34,682 nucleotides of DNA from a virus (taxonomy: Duplodnaviria > Caudoviricetes). The stretch covers positions 1-34,682 of the IMG/VR virus record IMGVR_UViG_3300020463_000061. One strand, written 5' to 3'. The notes beneath the pieces are model-generated. The model did no database searches and was not told where the DNA came from. It was given only the letters and a program-made list of their open reading frames with translations. A program made the position numbers and the translations under genes. Positions within the stretch are counted from its first letter, which is position 1. Each line of letters begins with the position of its first letter. Positions 1 through 9,603 of the stretch are shown one piece after another.

Positions 1-223
1 TCTTATATTTTCTAATAGACTGTTCACCCCTTGCGTATAACTTCAACCGATGGAACTCTCTCCATTGGTCATAGAATCTGCACCCATTTCCATCTTTACG
101 AAACCATTCATATTGAATGGCTTGTCCTATCATCAATCCGTATTCATCTGTTGCTTTTTCTGCATCCGAAACGAATTGACTTGGGAAACCTGCAGATGAA
201 ATATTTATCTTTACATCTTTCAT
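1..223 (-). CDS. Portal protein, N-terminal part (runs off the window edge)
   Basis: Manual translation MKDVKINISSAGFPSQFVSDAEKATDEYGLMIGQAIQYEWF...RLKLYARGEQSIRKYK; start overlaps the terminase stop (ATGA); position directly downstream of terL and resemblance to flavobacterial phage portals. Confidence 0.7.
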   Translation of the reverse strand, partial: MKDVKINISSAGFPSQFVSDAEKATDEYGLMIGQAIQYEWFRKDGNGCRFYDQWREFHRLKLYARGEQSIRKYK

Positions 224-2448
224 CTAATAATTTGACTTATATTGCCTTTGTTGCTATACCTTGCAAAGTTAATCATAATTCTTGACTCTTTTCGTTCAGG
301 TTGATAAAGGTGTTTTTGACAAGCCATAATGGCTAGTCCCGAACTTATTGATGCATCAAACTTAGTTCTATTACTTATATCAAACCTTGCCCAATCCTCT
401 AAAGTTCTATTAAAATACATTTGACCCATATCTCCTGAATCTTGCATTCCTACAAAATTTTCTATGTAAGATTCAATGGCAGCAGCGTGAGCTTGTTTTA
501 CATCTTCACTTGAGTTTGGTATCCCACCCAACTCTTTTTCTGTTTTAGATAGTTTGATGAATTTCTTATCAGGTCTATTCATACAAAATCCTCTATATCC
601 TCTGTTTTTAAAATGATAAAGCAAACGAGGCTTATTGTTTTCAATAAGAATTGGCATACCAAAAAACACACAAGCCATTAAAACATCTTCGAAAAAAATC
701 TCTGCGGTTTGTGGTCTAGCTATATATTCCAAGAAAAATTCATTTGCCGGTGCCTCTTCCATACTAAATTTAGTAAGTCCATGCAAAGCTCCGTTCGACC
801 CCACACCTCCAACCGTTCCGCTTATATCATACGAGTCACAACCAAAAGCTCCAATGTGTTCATTGCCGGGATGAAATATTCCATTTTTTTTAATTACATT
901 ATTTTGAATATTTAAGTTGGGAACCCATGTAATCTTAAACCTACCCCTTTTATCAGGAGAAAATGTGACCTTAGAATCTTTTATACCATTCTTCCAAGAA
1001 AAACTTCCCTGTGTTATATAATGCTCAGATAACATTGAATCATTATAATCAATTTGTTGATACAGTCGAGTAAGATTAAAAAGAGATTGTTTACTTTCAT
1101 CACGGAAAGCGTGTGATTCAGTTCTTGGAAATTGTCTATAATATTCGTTTAATGCGTCGGGGTCTTTTTTTAAAGACTCTACTTCATTCTCCCAATAATC
1201 AATAGCGCCCATTTGTATGTCCTCTTCATCTATGCCTCTTACTATTGAATTGGTTGTAAAGACGGGGTTTCCATATCTATCAATGAACCCTTCCATATTC
1301 CACTCCATTGGTATGAACAAACTATAAAGCCCGGTTTTTGTTTGACCGTTTGCGTTTCGTTGTGTTACATCTGAATCGTAATAAAGTTGTTTGAAATTAT
1401 TTCCACCTTTATTTAATGCATTCGATGTAGAACCCATCATACATTTTCCTATGACTTTACTACCTAATCTTAAACAAGTTTTTGTTACCCTCCAATTGTT
1501 TAATATATTATTTGGTTTCAACCACTTTCCACTTTCATCGTGTACTAACAATAAAAGTTTTTCTCCATCATAAGAGTTGTCATCTGTGTTTTTCCAATCA
1601 ATAGTTGTATCTAAGCCTTGTATTTCATCTTGCTCAATGTCATACATATTCTTTTTTGTAATCTTTGCTGCAGGAACTCTATATGCTAATTCTGTTTTCG
1701 GCTTATCCATACCATCCATAATAGGTCTGAAAAAGAAAGGTAATCTACTATTTATTGGTACCACTTTATCAGTAAACATTTTTTTAGCATCTGAACCTGT
1801 TTTAGATAATATACCTACTCTTGAATCTTTAGCTAACGTTCCGGTATGCACACATTCAGATGAAGACATAAAAGAAAAACCTGAACGTCTAATTTTTAAA
1901 TAAATCATTCCAAAACTTCTTTTGTCAGCTTTACACGCTTCCCAAAAAATATACAACAATCTATTAGCTTCTCGGTAGTCAGGATACCCAACATCTATTT
2001 GGGTCCATTGTAAATACATATAATGAGCTCCCGTAATGTATGTAGGTGTACCGTAATTTTTAAACCAATACCCCTGCTCTCTATAATCAAACTCCTTTTC
2101 AATATAATCAACCCAAAGATTTTTAAATGTTTTTGGCATTTCATTCCATTGAAAAATAGAGTTAATTCTATTCAAACTCTTGGGTAATTCTTTTCGCTCC
2201 CAATATTGTTCTTCTTTGCTTTTGTGTCTTTGAAGACACTTTTTGGGGGCAAGAGGTAATGCAATAGTTAAATTATTAATTTTAATAATATCTCCTATTT
2301 GACCGGTCTTTGATATAACTATAACATCATATTTAGAGTTATATCCATATACCCAAGACCTGTTTCGGTTTTTATTGGTGATTACATTTTTTGGTACGTA
2401 ATCAATAAGAACTTTATATAAAACGCTATTTTGACCTTCTTTCAGCAA
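220..2448 (-). CDS. terL: Terminase large subunit
   Basis: 742 aa; Walker A-like LKIRRSGFS, Walker B LLVHDESGK, coupling motif MMGSTSN, C-terminal nuclease motifs FGCDSYD and KFDASISSG. Confidence 0.9.
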   Translation of the reverse strand: MLKEGQNSVLYKVLIDYVPKNVITNKNRNRSWVYGYNSKYDVIVISKTGQIGDIIKINNLTIALPLAPKKCLQRHKSKEEQYWERKELPKSLNRINSIFQWNEMPKTFKNLWVDYIEKEFDYREQGYWFKNYGTPTYITGAHYMYLQWTQIDVGYPDYREANRLLYIFWEACKADKRSFGMIYLKIRRSGFSFMSSSECVHTGTLAKDSRVGILSKTGSDAKKMFTDKVVPINSRLPFFFRPIMDGMDKPKTELAYRVPAAKITKKNMYDIEQDEIQGLDTTIDWKNTDDNSYDGEKLLLLVHDESGKWLKPNNILNNWRVTKTCLRLGSKVIGKCMMGSTSNALNKGGNNFKQLYYDSDVTQRNANGQTKTGLYSLFIPMEWNMEGFIDRYGNPVFTTNSIVRGIDEEDIQMGAIDYWENEVESLKKDPDALNEYYRQFPRTESHAFRDESKQSLFNLTRLYQQIDYNDSMLSEHYITQGSFSWKNGIKDSKVTFSPDKRGRFKITWVPNLNIQNNVIKKNGIFHPGNEHIGAFGCDSYDISGTVGGVGSNGALHGLTKFSMEEAPANEFFLEYIARPQTAEIFFEDVLMACVFFGMPILIENNKPRLLYHFKNRGYRGFCMNRPDKKFIKLSKTEKELGGIPNSSEDVKQAHAAAIESYIENFVGMQDSGDMGQMYFNRTLEDWARFDISNRTKFDASISSGLAIMACQKHLYQPERKESRIMINFARYSNKGNISQIIR
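264..271 (-). promoter_or_regulatory. Bacteroidota-type -7 element (TAACTTTG) upstream of portal
   Basis: Matches TAnnTTTG about 40 nt before the portal start; no -33 TTTG. Confidence 0.45.
2224..2239. repeat. 16-bp palindrome variant GTGTCTTTGAAGACAC (inside terL)
   Basis: One mismatch from GTGTCTTTAAAGACAC. Confidence 0.85.
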
Positions 2449-2707
2449 ACCCTTGTTTTGTTTCTACATTATTCCCCTCACCTAATTCTATATTTTCTTT
2501 TTCTTCTTCAATCTTTTTTAAAATGTCAAAAGCATCAAAGATGCAAAGTTTCTTTGTGGCTGCAGCATTTTTTAATCTATCTGCGGCTAAATCATCTTCA
2601 GGGTCAGGTTTGATTATCTTTTCTTTTGCAACCTTTATAAGTTGTTCTACCGCCTGATGACCTGCCTCTATTATTTTTAACTTAACATACTTAATTTCTT
2701 TACTCAT
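2426..2707 (-). CDS. Small helical protein, candidate terminase small subunit
   Basis: Immediately upstream of and overlapping terL; likely start ATG at 2707 (MSKEIK...); function inferred from position only. Confidence 0.45.
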   Translation of the reverse strand: MSKEIKYVKLKIIEAGHQAVEQLIKVAKEKIIKPDPEDDLAADRLKNAAATKKLCIFDAFDILKKIEEEKENIELGEGNNVETKQGFAERRSK

Positions 2708-3270
2708 AATACTAAAGTTATTGAATGGTCGTACATTCTCCAAAGTTTTTCGCCATCTATATTAAACTCATATTCTTGTTTCGGTTTATAACAAATCTTA
2801 TCCCCTACTTTTACCCCTTCGTTTTTTAGGGTTTCATTTAATATTGCCATTTCTGCCATTAATGGTTCATTACTAAATGGTTTATAGATATAACTTTCTT
2901 CTGTTGGGATAGGTTTTACAAAACAATACCTATCATATCCATACCATTTGTTATTTTTTTTAAACGCATAGAATTGTTCGGAATCAACAAAGAATATATC
3001 ATCTCTAAAAAAACTACGACCACTTCTGCGCCGACCTCTCATGTCATTGTAAAACTTAAATACATTGTGATGAACCAAAAGGGTGTCACCCTTTTCAATA
3101 GGTCCACAGTAATTAATGGGTGTTTCTAAAACAATCGCTTCTCTATTAGATGCGGATGCATCTTCTTCTGAAGTGCTTATAATTAAATCAACACCTTCTA
3201 TTTCTTTAGTGTTGTTATAACGATTTTTATTTAGGGGTTCAACTATAAATTGATATATAGATTTCATCAA
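2704..3270 (-). CDS. GroES-like fold protein (possibly tandem co-chaperonin-like domains)
   Basis: 188 aa; two GroES-like segments (FIVEP...IEKGDTLLVHH and CFVKPI...VKVGDKICYK...EFNIDGEKLWRM). Confidence 0.55.
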   Translation of the reverse strand: MMKSIYQFIVEPLNKNRYNNTKEIEGVDLIISTSEEDASASNREAIVLETPINYCGPIEKGDTLLVHHNVFKFYNDMRGRRRSGRSFFRDDIFFVDSEQFYAFKKNNKWYGYDRYCFVKPIPTEESYIYKPFSNEPLMAEMAILNETLKNEGVKVGDKICYKPKQEYEFNIDGEKLWRMYDHSITLVL

Positions 3271-3494
3271 AAGTTTATATTAAATTCTACGGACACAGGA
3301 ACAGTGGAAGTAAACTCCTTCCAACAGACTATAGCTCCACTATCTTCTTCAATCCATATTTTGTATGAATCAGAATCTTCGTAGTATTTAATAAGATGAA
3401 TTTTGTAAGAGCCATTTAAAACGGACTGTCCTACTATGTAGTGCATGGCTCCTGATTTATAATCAGGACCTATAGAAATTTTTCTTATGTCCAT
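3267..3494 (-). CDS. Hypothetical phage protein
   Basis: 75-aa ORF with overlapping stop/start in the late operon. Confidence 0.7.
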   Translation of the reverse strand: MDIRKISIGPDYKSGAMHYIVGQSVLNGSYKIHLIKYYEDSDSYKIWIEEDSGAIVCWKEFTSTVPVSVEFNINF

Positions 3495-3509
3495 TTAATT
3501 AAAATTAAA

Positions 3510-5735
3510 TTACGGTGTTATGTTTATTTTAACAACACCGTCAGTGTGATATAATCCTCCGAATCCTATACCTGATGCTGCTGCTGCCGTATCATCGGGA
3601 TGGTTGAAACTACCGTTTACTAATTGGTCCAAATAAATAACACTAAACAATGGACCGGAAACTCTTGATACGTGCAAAGCATTTTTTCTGTTAGTTGAAG
3701 AATTACCAACACCTACTTGGAAACTACCCTTACCTTGAGTTCCAAAAACGGTTTCGTCATTGTTTTGTCCCACTACAACAGTGTTACCTGAATTTTCTAT
3801 TACGAGGTTGCTTCCAAGAATAGAATTGTTTGCCTGTGATACTATTTTATTATTGTTACCCGTTATGAATGAATTGTTGGAAGCAGCGACAGTACCCAAT
3901 TTATTACCAAAGCCACTAACAAATGCTCTTTGAGTTCCGTTAATAACTTGACTATTTTGTCCAAATACTACGTTTCTAGTTCCTGTAATCGAATGTCCTC
4001 CACCATTCAGTATAACATTCCCATCACCTGATATTGTACCTGCTCCTCCAAATACTGTATTGCCATTTCCTGTCAAGCTAATTGAAGGGGTGTTGAATAA
4101 AAAGTTTTCATCGGAACCATCAGTAATAGATGCCGAAACAGTACCAACTGCAACACCCCATAAGAAGTTGTTTCGAATACTGTTTAGTTGATAAACGGAA
4201 CTTGGTGTTGTGGCAAAAACAAAGTTATCTTGCGTATCAAATAAAGATACATTGTTGCTGCCTAGAATATAGTTGTTGTCATTGTTATTACTGTTATTAG
4301 ATGCCGTGATAGCATTGCTATCACCATTGATAATAACATTACCATCCATCGTACCTCCATTGTTACTCAGCATCGTTGTATTAGCTGAGTTTACAATTAA
4401 ACTACCGGTAATTTTACCAACCTCTGCTGCAGAAACTGCCGTGGTTTCGGACAATAATGTATTGCCTGAATAATCGTTTGTTATACTGCTTAGTTTATCT
4501 CCTAATATTATATTATTTTTAACCGCATCTACATTCATGTTTGTCATGTTAGCGGTTCCAATAACATTTCTATTGGTATTAGGTCCGTATGTATTTGGGT
4601 TTAATACAATATTACTATTGCTAAATAATGACGTTCTACTTCCTACTAAAAAGTTTGAAGATACAGTACCATCATCAGCAGAACTACCTAAACCATTATC
4701 TGTTCCGCCTGTGCTTATAACGACATTTCCGGCTGTAACATATTTTTGATTATTACTTGCTGCACCAATTATAATATTTTTACTTATAGGAAATCCGGGC
4801 TTTCCTCTAAAATTATTTCCTGCATTTTTACCAATGAATACATTTGTGTCCACGGCAACATTATTTTGGTCTCCTACTCCGGGAGTTTGCGAAAAGGGAC
4901 CTGCTTTTATTCCTAACCCCGCAGCAGCTCCAATAACAACATTCTCGCTTATAGACGACCCATATCCTTGTACCCCAACGCTTCTCAACGCCCTCATACC
5001 TAACACGGTATTTTGAGTAGTAGTCGACCCCGGTAAATAAAATATATCTGCCATTGCTTGATGACCTACGATGGTATCAAAGTTATGACCTGCAGGTAGT
5101 GAAGAATTGGCATTGGGATTACCTGCGGAAAAACCTATACCTATACTTCCTTGGTTAAAGGTTATTCCTTGCGTGGATGGATTAACTGACGAACCTAATG
5201 CATTTTTGGATATAGCAACATTATTGAATCCTTCTGTATTTTCTTTTAAGGAATCAACTCCTATTCCAACATTATTTGTTCCTGTTGTTGTCTTAGCTAA
5301 AGAACCAAAACCTATGGCTATATTTACACCGGGTTCTCCCTGACCGGTGGTTGGGTTTATACCTGCAATAAAAGATTTTAAAGATTCATCTCCAATACCG
5401 ATATTCTGTTGAGGAACTACTACGTCAGATACAATTCCTGCATCTTTACCAATGAATACTGATTCACCTGTTCCGGTAATTCCTATTCGACCACCAACAT
5501 TAATTGTTTCGGGTAGGATAGTAGAATCTTGTGTGATTATAGAATCCACATAGTCAACTCCATTAGATATTGGAACAAACAAATCTGTTACTATACTTGG
5601 AATTGGTGGTACTAATGAAATAATATCCCCTAATGTATAATTCTTGGTTATGTTAGAATCGTTTACGTCAGTCCCAATAACTTTATCTGCTAAAGTTGGA
5701 GTTGCGTCAATTGCATAGGAAGATATTTTTGCCAT
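3510..5735 (-). CDS. Tail fibre / receptor-binding protein with Gly-Asn-rich beta-solenoid repeats
   Basis: 741 aa; repeated N-x-A-I-G / N-x-x-I-G units, N-terminal MAKISSY...KVIGTD anchor, C-terminal GVGNSSTNRKNALHV. Confidence 0.7.
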   Translation of the reverse strand: MAKISSYAIDATPTLADKVIGTDVNDSNITKNYTLGDIISLVPPIPSIVTDLFVPISNGVDYVDSIITQDSTILPETINVGGRIGITGTGESVFIGKDAGIVSDVVVPQQNIGIGDESLKSFIAGINPTTGQGEPGVNIAIGFGSLAKTTTGTNNVGIGVDSLKENTEGFNNVAISKNALGSSVNPSTQGITFNQGSIGIGFSAGNPNANSSLPAGHNFDTIVGHQAMADIFYLPGSTTTQNTVLGMRALRSVGVQGYGSSISENVVIGAAAGLGIKAGPFSQTPGVGDQNNVAVDTNVFIGKNAGNNFRGKPGFPISKNIIIGAASNNQKYVTAGNVVISTGGTDNGLGSSADDGTVSSNFLVGSRTSLFSNSNIVLNPNTYGPNTNRNVIGTANMTNMNVDAVKNNIILGDKLSSITNDYSGNTLLSETTAVSAAEVGKITGSLIVNSANTTMLSNNGGTMDGNVIINGDSNAITASNNSNNNDNNYILGSNNVSLFDTQDNFVFATTPSSVYQLNSIRNNFLWGVAVGTVSASITDGSDENFLFNTPSISLTGNGNTVFGGAGTISGDGNVILNGGGHSITGTRNVVFGQNSQVINGTQRAFVSGFGNKLGTVAASNNSFITGNNNKIVSQANNSILGSNLVIENSGNTVVVGQNNDETVFGTQGKGSFQVGVGNSSTNRKNALHVSRVSGPLFSVIYLDQLVNGSFNHPDDTAAAASGIGFGGLYHTDGVVKINITP

Positions 5736-5736
5736 T

Positions 5737-5970
5737 TTATTTCTTTTTAACTTCTCCCGTTTTGATGTTTATAACGGAATCTTTCCCATATTTTTCTATA
5801 AGAGATTGTTCCATTTTCGAAAACTCTTGAGTAAGTGCATTGACTTTACCAAATAAATCGAGTTTTTGAATTTCTAACTCACCTAACGAGAGCTTTAGTT
5901 TGTTTAATGAATCAGTAGCAATTTGTAGCTTTTCTAATTCTTCTTTTTCTAATATTACGTTTTCTGCCAT
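5737..5970 (-). CDS. Small coiled-coil protein (possible fibre assembly chaperone)
   Basis: 77 aa, heptad-rich, directly upstream of the fibre gene. Confidence 0.6.
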   Translation of the reverse strand: MAENVILEKEELEKLQIATDSLNKLKLSLGELEIQKLDLFGKVNALTQEFSKMEQSLIEKYGKDSVINIKTGEVKKK

Positions 5971-5990
5971 TTTACTTAATTTAATTTATA

Positions 5991-5998
5991 CAAAGATA
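5991..5998 (-). promoter_or_regulatory. Late-type promoter -7 element TATCTTTG
   Basis: ATAGTATCTTTGT, 20 nt upstream of the 5970 start. Confidence 0.6.
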
Positions 5999-6400
5999 CT
6001 ATTTTTTATTTTTAATTTTTTCCCAAGACCTTCCTCCAAAATATGAAGCAATGACTGTTGCAAGAATTAACTGCAAAAGAGAAATCCATTCTTCTTTGAC
6101 TTCAAACTTAATTGAACCGGCTTCTATAAATATTAAAAGCATAGTGCACACAATTAAAAATATAAGCACCATTGGTCTAACGTTTTTCGAAAGCCAAGAA
6201 TCTGAAGTCATGTCTGTTCGCCATCTCTCAGTAACGTTTTGTTGCATATCAGCCTCGGCTTGAATAAAAAGTTCTGTCATTTCTTTTTCAAACTTGGCTT
6301 TTTCTTCTTTACTGTAAATGTGTTTACCAATAATATCGCTAAGTTTCTCAGCAATACCTCCGCCTATTTTACCAAATAATTTATTTAATATTTCTTTCAT
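5999..6400 (-). CDS. Holin (3TM / GTA-holin-like)
   Basis: RW.DM.SDSWLSKNVRP motif, two hydrophobic helices, YFGGRS.EK C-terminus; adjacent to the amidase. Confidence 0.75.
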   Translation of the reverse strand: MKEILNKLFGKIGGGIAEKLSDIIGKHIYSKEEKAKFEKEMTELFIQAEADMQQNVTERWRTDMTSDSWLSKNVRPMVLIFLIVCTMLLIFIEAGSIKFEVKEEWISLLQLILATVIASYFGGRSWEKIKNKK

Positions 6401-6825
6401 AATGTACCGTATTCACTTTGAACATCAAAACTCGGACAAGCCTTCGGAGAAAACTCATTGTGTCCGTGTATTGTTGCTTCAGGAAATATTTTTTTTAATA
6501 ATCTTAATAATTCTAGCATAGTTGCAATTTGTGCAGCACTTCTAGTGTCTTTAGGTATCCATTTACCTTTTGCGTCTCTTTTGTTTTCCACCCCACCAAT
6601 ATAACAAATCCCTATAGAAGAATGATTCATATTCTTTACGTGAGCTCCAACCTCGTCCATCATCCTTCCTAACTCAATTGTTCCATCAATTAAAATTACA
6701 AAATGATAACCAATACCTTTCCAACCTCTAGCCTTATGCCAACGGTCAATTACTTTAGCATTAACTGAATTGTCACCTTCTTTTGTGGCTGAACAATGAA
6801 TTATAAGTTTGTTTATGTTTCTCAT
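6397..6825 (-). CDS. N-acetylmuramoyl-L-alanine amidase endolysin (T7 lysozyme-like)
   Basis: IIHCSAT, WH..RGW..IGYH, GAHVK..N..SIGICYIGG, HGHNE..KACPSF zinc-amidase motifs. Confidence 0.93.
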   Translation of the reverse strand: MRNINKLIIHCSATKEGDNSVNAKVIDRWHKARGWKGIGYHFVILIDGTIELGRMMDEVGAHVKNMNHSSIGICYIGGVENKRDAKGKWIPKDTRSAAQIATMLELLRLLKKIFPEATIHGHNEFSPKACPSFDVQSEYGTL

Positions 6826-6947
6826 CTCCCTTGACCTCTGTATTTTTTTTTGTAACCTTTTTGGTTTACACTTGCGTTCTTAGAATGAACACCGGGGCGT
6901 TTGGTTTTGTGACGGAAGGAGTATGTGGCTAGATTTATTTTTGCCAC
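6822..6947 (-). CDS. 41-aa basic protein (not in ORF track)
   Basis: GTG start; MAKINLATYSFRHKTKRPGVHSKNASVNQKGYKKKYRGQGR; stop overlaps the amidase ATG. Confidence 0.65.
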   Translation of the reverse strand: MAKINLATYSFRHKTKRPGVHSKNASVNQKGYKKKYRGQGR

Positions 6948-6948
6948 T

Positions 6949-7104
6949 TTATTTTTTATCTTTAGAGTTCTTGTGTATTTTTTGAACTGTATAAATAATA
7001 GTAGCTATAAGCAGAATAATTTTCAAAGCCATTTCTATCTGTGTGAAAGAGATTGCAAACACACTTGAGTTAATACCGTAAATTTTTAAATCTTCGAAGG
7101 ACAT
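6949..7104 (-). CDS. 51-aa membrane protein, possible second holin or lysis accessory (not in ORF track)
   Basis: MSFEDLKIYGINSSVFAISFTQIEMALKIILLIATIIYTVQKIHKNSKDKK; hydrophobic core, basic tail, next to lysis genes. Confidence 0.6.
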   Translation of the reverse strand: MSFEDLKIYGINSSVFAISFTQIEMALKIILLIATIIYTVQKIHKNSKDKK

Positions 7105-7173
7105 TCTACTATATCATATATTATTTCTAAATCTTCAATCATTAATGTCGTAGATGATGTCCAATATTTCATT

Positions 7174-7656
7174 TTACCAAAGAGCTACAATTTTTGTTGC
7201 AGTTGTTTCACCCAAGATTGGGTCATCTTTTAAAACTTTAGCCACCATTATTGGGAGAGTTGTTCCTGCTTGAACTCCTTCTAATTTTACTAAGTCTCCT
7301 CCTGCCGTAACTACCACTAAGTCACCTGCTCCACCTACATATAGTACAGGACCGATGTTTGGTTGAATGTTATAAACAATAAAATCTTCACCTATTACAA
7401 AGAAAATGTTATCATCTATAAATAGTTTATCATCTTCTATTCCAATAACATTCGCAACTTTACTTGTAGTGGTGTTGTATACTACTGCTCCTGCAGTTAC
7501 TTTACCTAAAAATGTAGTTCCTGTGGGTGCAAGTAATACAGATGCTCCAATTGCAGCCGTTGTTCCACTAGCCACTTTATTCCCGGGCATGGGAATTACG
7601 CTATCAGTTGGGATAACCGCAATTGCTCTTAACTGTTGTAACTTTTGATATGCCAT
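7174..7656 (-). CDS. Head-spike base-like structural protein with internal insertion
   Basis: C-terminal LYVGGAGDLVV..AGG.LV.L.GV.AGT.LPI.V.KV...T.ATKIVALW resembles the RcGTA Rcc01079 spike-base family. Confidence 0.55.
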   Translation of the reverse strand: MAYQKLQQLRAIAVIPTDSVIPMPGNKVASGTTAAIGASVLLAPTGTTFLGKVTAGAVVYNTTTSKVANVIGIEDDKLFIDDNIFFVIGEDFIVYNIQPNIGPVLYVGGAGDLVVVTAGGDLVKLEGVQAGTTLPIMVAKVLKDDPILGETTATKIVALW

Positions 7657-7662
7657 AACTTT

Positions 7663-7827
7663 TTATTGGTAGGGTATAATTCTATTTAGGGTATCCTGCC
7701 TTTTTCCACACCCACAGTCTCGCCCTACTTTTTTCGAAACTGTATCTACTACAGATTTAATACCTGTTAATTGTGTGACTTTAGCAACCGTATCTCCAAA
7801 CCCACGTGATTTCTGATTTAGTTTCAT
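7663..7827 (-). CDS. 54-aa protein with CGC motif (not in ORF track)
   Basis: MKLNQKSRGFGDTVAKVTQLTGIKSVVDTVSKKVGRDCGCGKRQDTLNRIIPYQ; tightly packed between neighbours. Confidence 0.7.
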   Translation of the reverse strand: MKLNQKSRGFGDTVAKVTQLTGIKSVVDTVSKKVGRDCGCGKRQDTLNRIIPYQ

Positions 7828-7964
7828 TTTTTACACATACATTGCGAAACAGGACATTCACTTACTTCTACTATAAGTTTTGAGACTGCCCAATTCCATT
7901 TACACAAAAATTTTGTCCAAGTCTTTTGTATCCAAAGACCTAACTTTACTAATGCTTTACCCAT
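7824..7964 (-). CDS. 46-aa Trp/Cys-rich protein (not in ORF track)
   Basis: MGKALVKLGLWIQKTWTKFLCKWNWAVSKLIVEVSECPVSQCMCKK; ATGA overlap with the next ORF. Confidence 0.6.
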   Translation of the reverse strand: MGKALVKLGLWIQKTWTKFLCKWNWAVSKLIVEVSECPVSQCMCKK

Positions 7965-7968
7965 TGGT

Positions 7969-8178
7969 TTACTTTTTAATAAGTCCCCCTAAATGACCGT
8001 GCACACTTTTTGGATAATGCTTGTCTTCTTTCATAGAGTGATTACCACTGTATGCATGACCTGTCATTGCTTTAGCCATTCCTTTTGATTCATCTCTACG
8101 TGATTTCATTGATTGACTTTTCTTGCCATTCTTTGCACCTAAAGACTCATCTAGCCTACTATTATAACCTTGTCCCAT
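7969..8178 (-). CDS. 69-aa basic low-complexity protein
   Basis: MGQGYNSRLDESLG...; K/S/G/H-rich. Confidence 0.7.
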   Translation of the reverse strand: MGQGYNSRLDESLGAKNGKKSQSMKSRRDESKGMAKAMTGHAYSGNHSMKEDKHYPKSVHGHLGGLIKK

Positions 8179-8187
8179 AATTTTAAT

Positions 8188-8376
8188 TTATTTGCTGCAG
8201 CCAAAGTTTTTAGCAAAATTTGCTTGTTTGACTATAGCGGGTTTATACTTCTTTTTATTTGCCATTACTGCTGAAGCAGCACTGCATACCGATTTGCCCG
8301 GCATATTTTTTTTAGCCCACGCAGTAAATTTGCCTTGGTTGGCTTTTTTAATTTCAATGTCTTGTTGTTTTGCCAT
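8188..8376 (-). CDS. 62-aa basic protein
   Basis: KKANQGKFTAWAKK...VKQANFAKNF; own -7 promoter element upstream. Confidence 0.7.
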   Translation of the reverse strand: MAKQQDIEIKKANQGKFTAWAKKNMPGKSVCSAASAVMANKKKYKPAIVKQANFAKNFGCSK

Positions 8377-8391
8377 TACAAATCGTTTCTA

Positions 8392-8399
8392 CAAAGATA
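8392..8399 (-). promoter_or_regulatory. Late-type promoter -7 element TATCTTTG
   Basis: TTACTATCTTTGT upstream of the 8376 start. Confidence 0.6.
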
Positions 8400-8421
8400 G
8401 TAATATTTTTTTCAATTTTTT

Positions 8422-8985
8422 TTAGACCTCCGGAAGTATTTGAATTGTCAAATGTATTCTATCATTTAAAGCATCAACTATCTCAACAGGCACTATTGTG
8501 GCTGCGTTACCCACTCCATTGTTTTGTACCTTCATTAACCCTACAATTATTTCATCATTACCATCGTTAGCATAAGCACTTGCCATAAAAAAGTTACCGG
8601 GGTTTTCTCCTTGTGGGTTTACATAGATAGCAATTCTTCTTGCGTCGGGCATAGTTGCTGCAGCAAAACTAATTGTGTATTGTCCTAATGCACTACCTGT
8701 TCCTGCGGTTGCAGTTTGCGGAAAAAACAAAGATGTGGTATTCGTGTGGTCTAATATAAAAGCATCTTGACCTGCAAGATTCTGAACCAAAGTAATTTTA
8801 GCTTCAGTAAACACGGGAGGAGTTGGAGGCGGTGGTGGACCACCTTGACATTCAGTGACGGTTTCACAAATGTCAAGCATTGTGTAAATTCTACGTTGTG
8901 AGTTGGCGCTCTCAGAGCCTAAGTTCTCAGTTACTACATCTTGAAATAGTGTATGAAATTTTTGTTCGTTAGGTATTATTGCCAT
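8422..8985 (-). CDS. Putative virion decoration / head fibre protein
   Basis: 187 aa; N-terminal motif shared with 8987..9574, Pro-rich linker, beta-rich C-terminus. Confidence 0.5.
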   Translation of the reverse strand: MAIIPNEQKFHTLFQDVVTENLGSESANSQRRIYTMLDICETVTECQGGPPPPPTPPVFTEAKITLVQNLAGQDAFILDHTNTTSLFFPQTATAGTGSALGQYTISFAAATMPDARRIAIYVNPQGENPGNFFMASAYANDGNDEIIVGLMKVQNNGVGNAATIVPVEIVDALNDRIHLTIQILPEV

Positions 8986-8986
8986 C

Positions 8987-9574
8987 TTAAACTTGTTTCA
9001 TTGTCAACACTACATTAGCTTCTTCAAAAGCATTACTGAATTGTTGACTTGTTATACAAGTAAATGCAATAGCTTGACCTTTATTTACTGATATTGTACT
9101 ATTTGGAATTTCAATAAATCCGGGAAACTCTATACCATTAGTTTGAACCAAGGTATTTAATTCATAGTCGGTCCAATTGCTTGGGTCAGTCATATTCTTT
9201 CCTAAGTCTCCTACGGATAGTTTAAAGCTGAGAGTTTTTGGTGTGGCACCTGCAGCATCTCCTATCTCTACTTTTGATGCCCATTGCCAACCTACTGACA
9301 TTACTTCCATATCTACAGTTGCAATCACAAAACCTACGTGGTCACCTGCACTAGCTTTTTCAGCTCCAAAATCTGCAGAGTCTCCACCAAGGGGACCTAC
9401 GTTTGTAACTAACCCGCCTACATTTACCATTGTTCCTGCAAAAGCAAGAGGTAAATTGAAGTCAGTAGGAAACGTGTAAACGTTTCTTTGTGCATTTGCT
9501 TGTTTAGAGCCGAGGTTTTCTGTTTCCACATCCGGTGCGACTCCATGAAACTTTGTTCCGATTGGGATTGCCAT
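8987..9574 (-). CDS. Putative virion decoration / head fibre protein
   Basis: 195 aa; N-terminal KFH...ENLGS..AN.QR.VYT motif shared with 8422..8985. Confidence 0.5.
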   Translation of the reverse strand: MAIPIGTKFHGVAPDVETENLGSKQANAQRNVYTFPTDFNLPLAFAGTMVNVGGLVTNVGPLGGDSADFGAEKASAGDHVGFVIATVDMEVMSVGWQWASKVEIGDAAGATPKTLSFKLSVGDLGKNMTDPSNWTDYELNTLVQTNGIEFPGFIEIPNSTISVNKGQAIAFTCITSQQFSNAFEEANVVLTMKQV

Positions 9575-9595
9575 AATTATTGTTTTTACTTTTTA

Positions 9596-9603
9596 CAAAG
9601 ATA
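9596..9603 (-). promoter_or_regulatory. Late-type promoter -7 element TATCTTTG
   Basis: TTAGTATCTTTGT upstream of the 9574 start. Confidence 0.6.

Noticed and set aside
7086-7172. 28-aa ORF MKYWTSSTT..., and the 42-aa ORF at 12280..12408
   Set aside because: Plausible gap-fillers but too short and featureless to support
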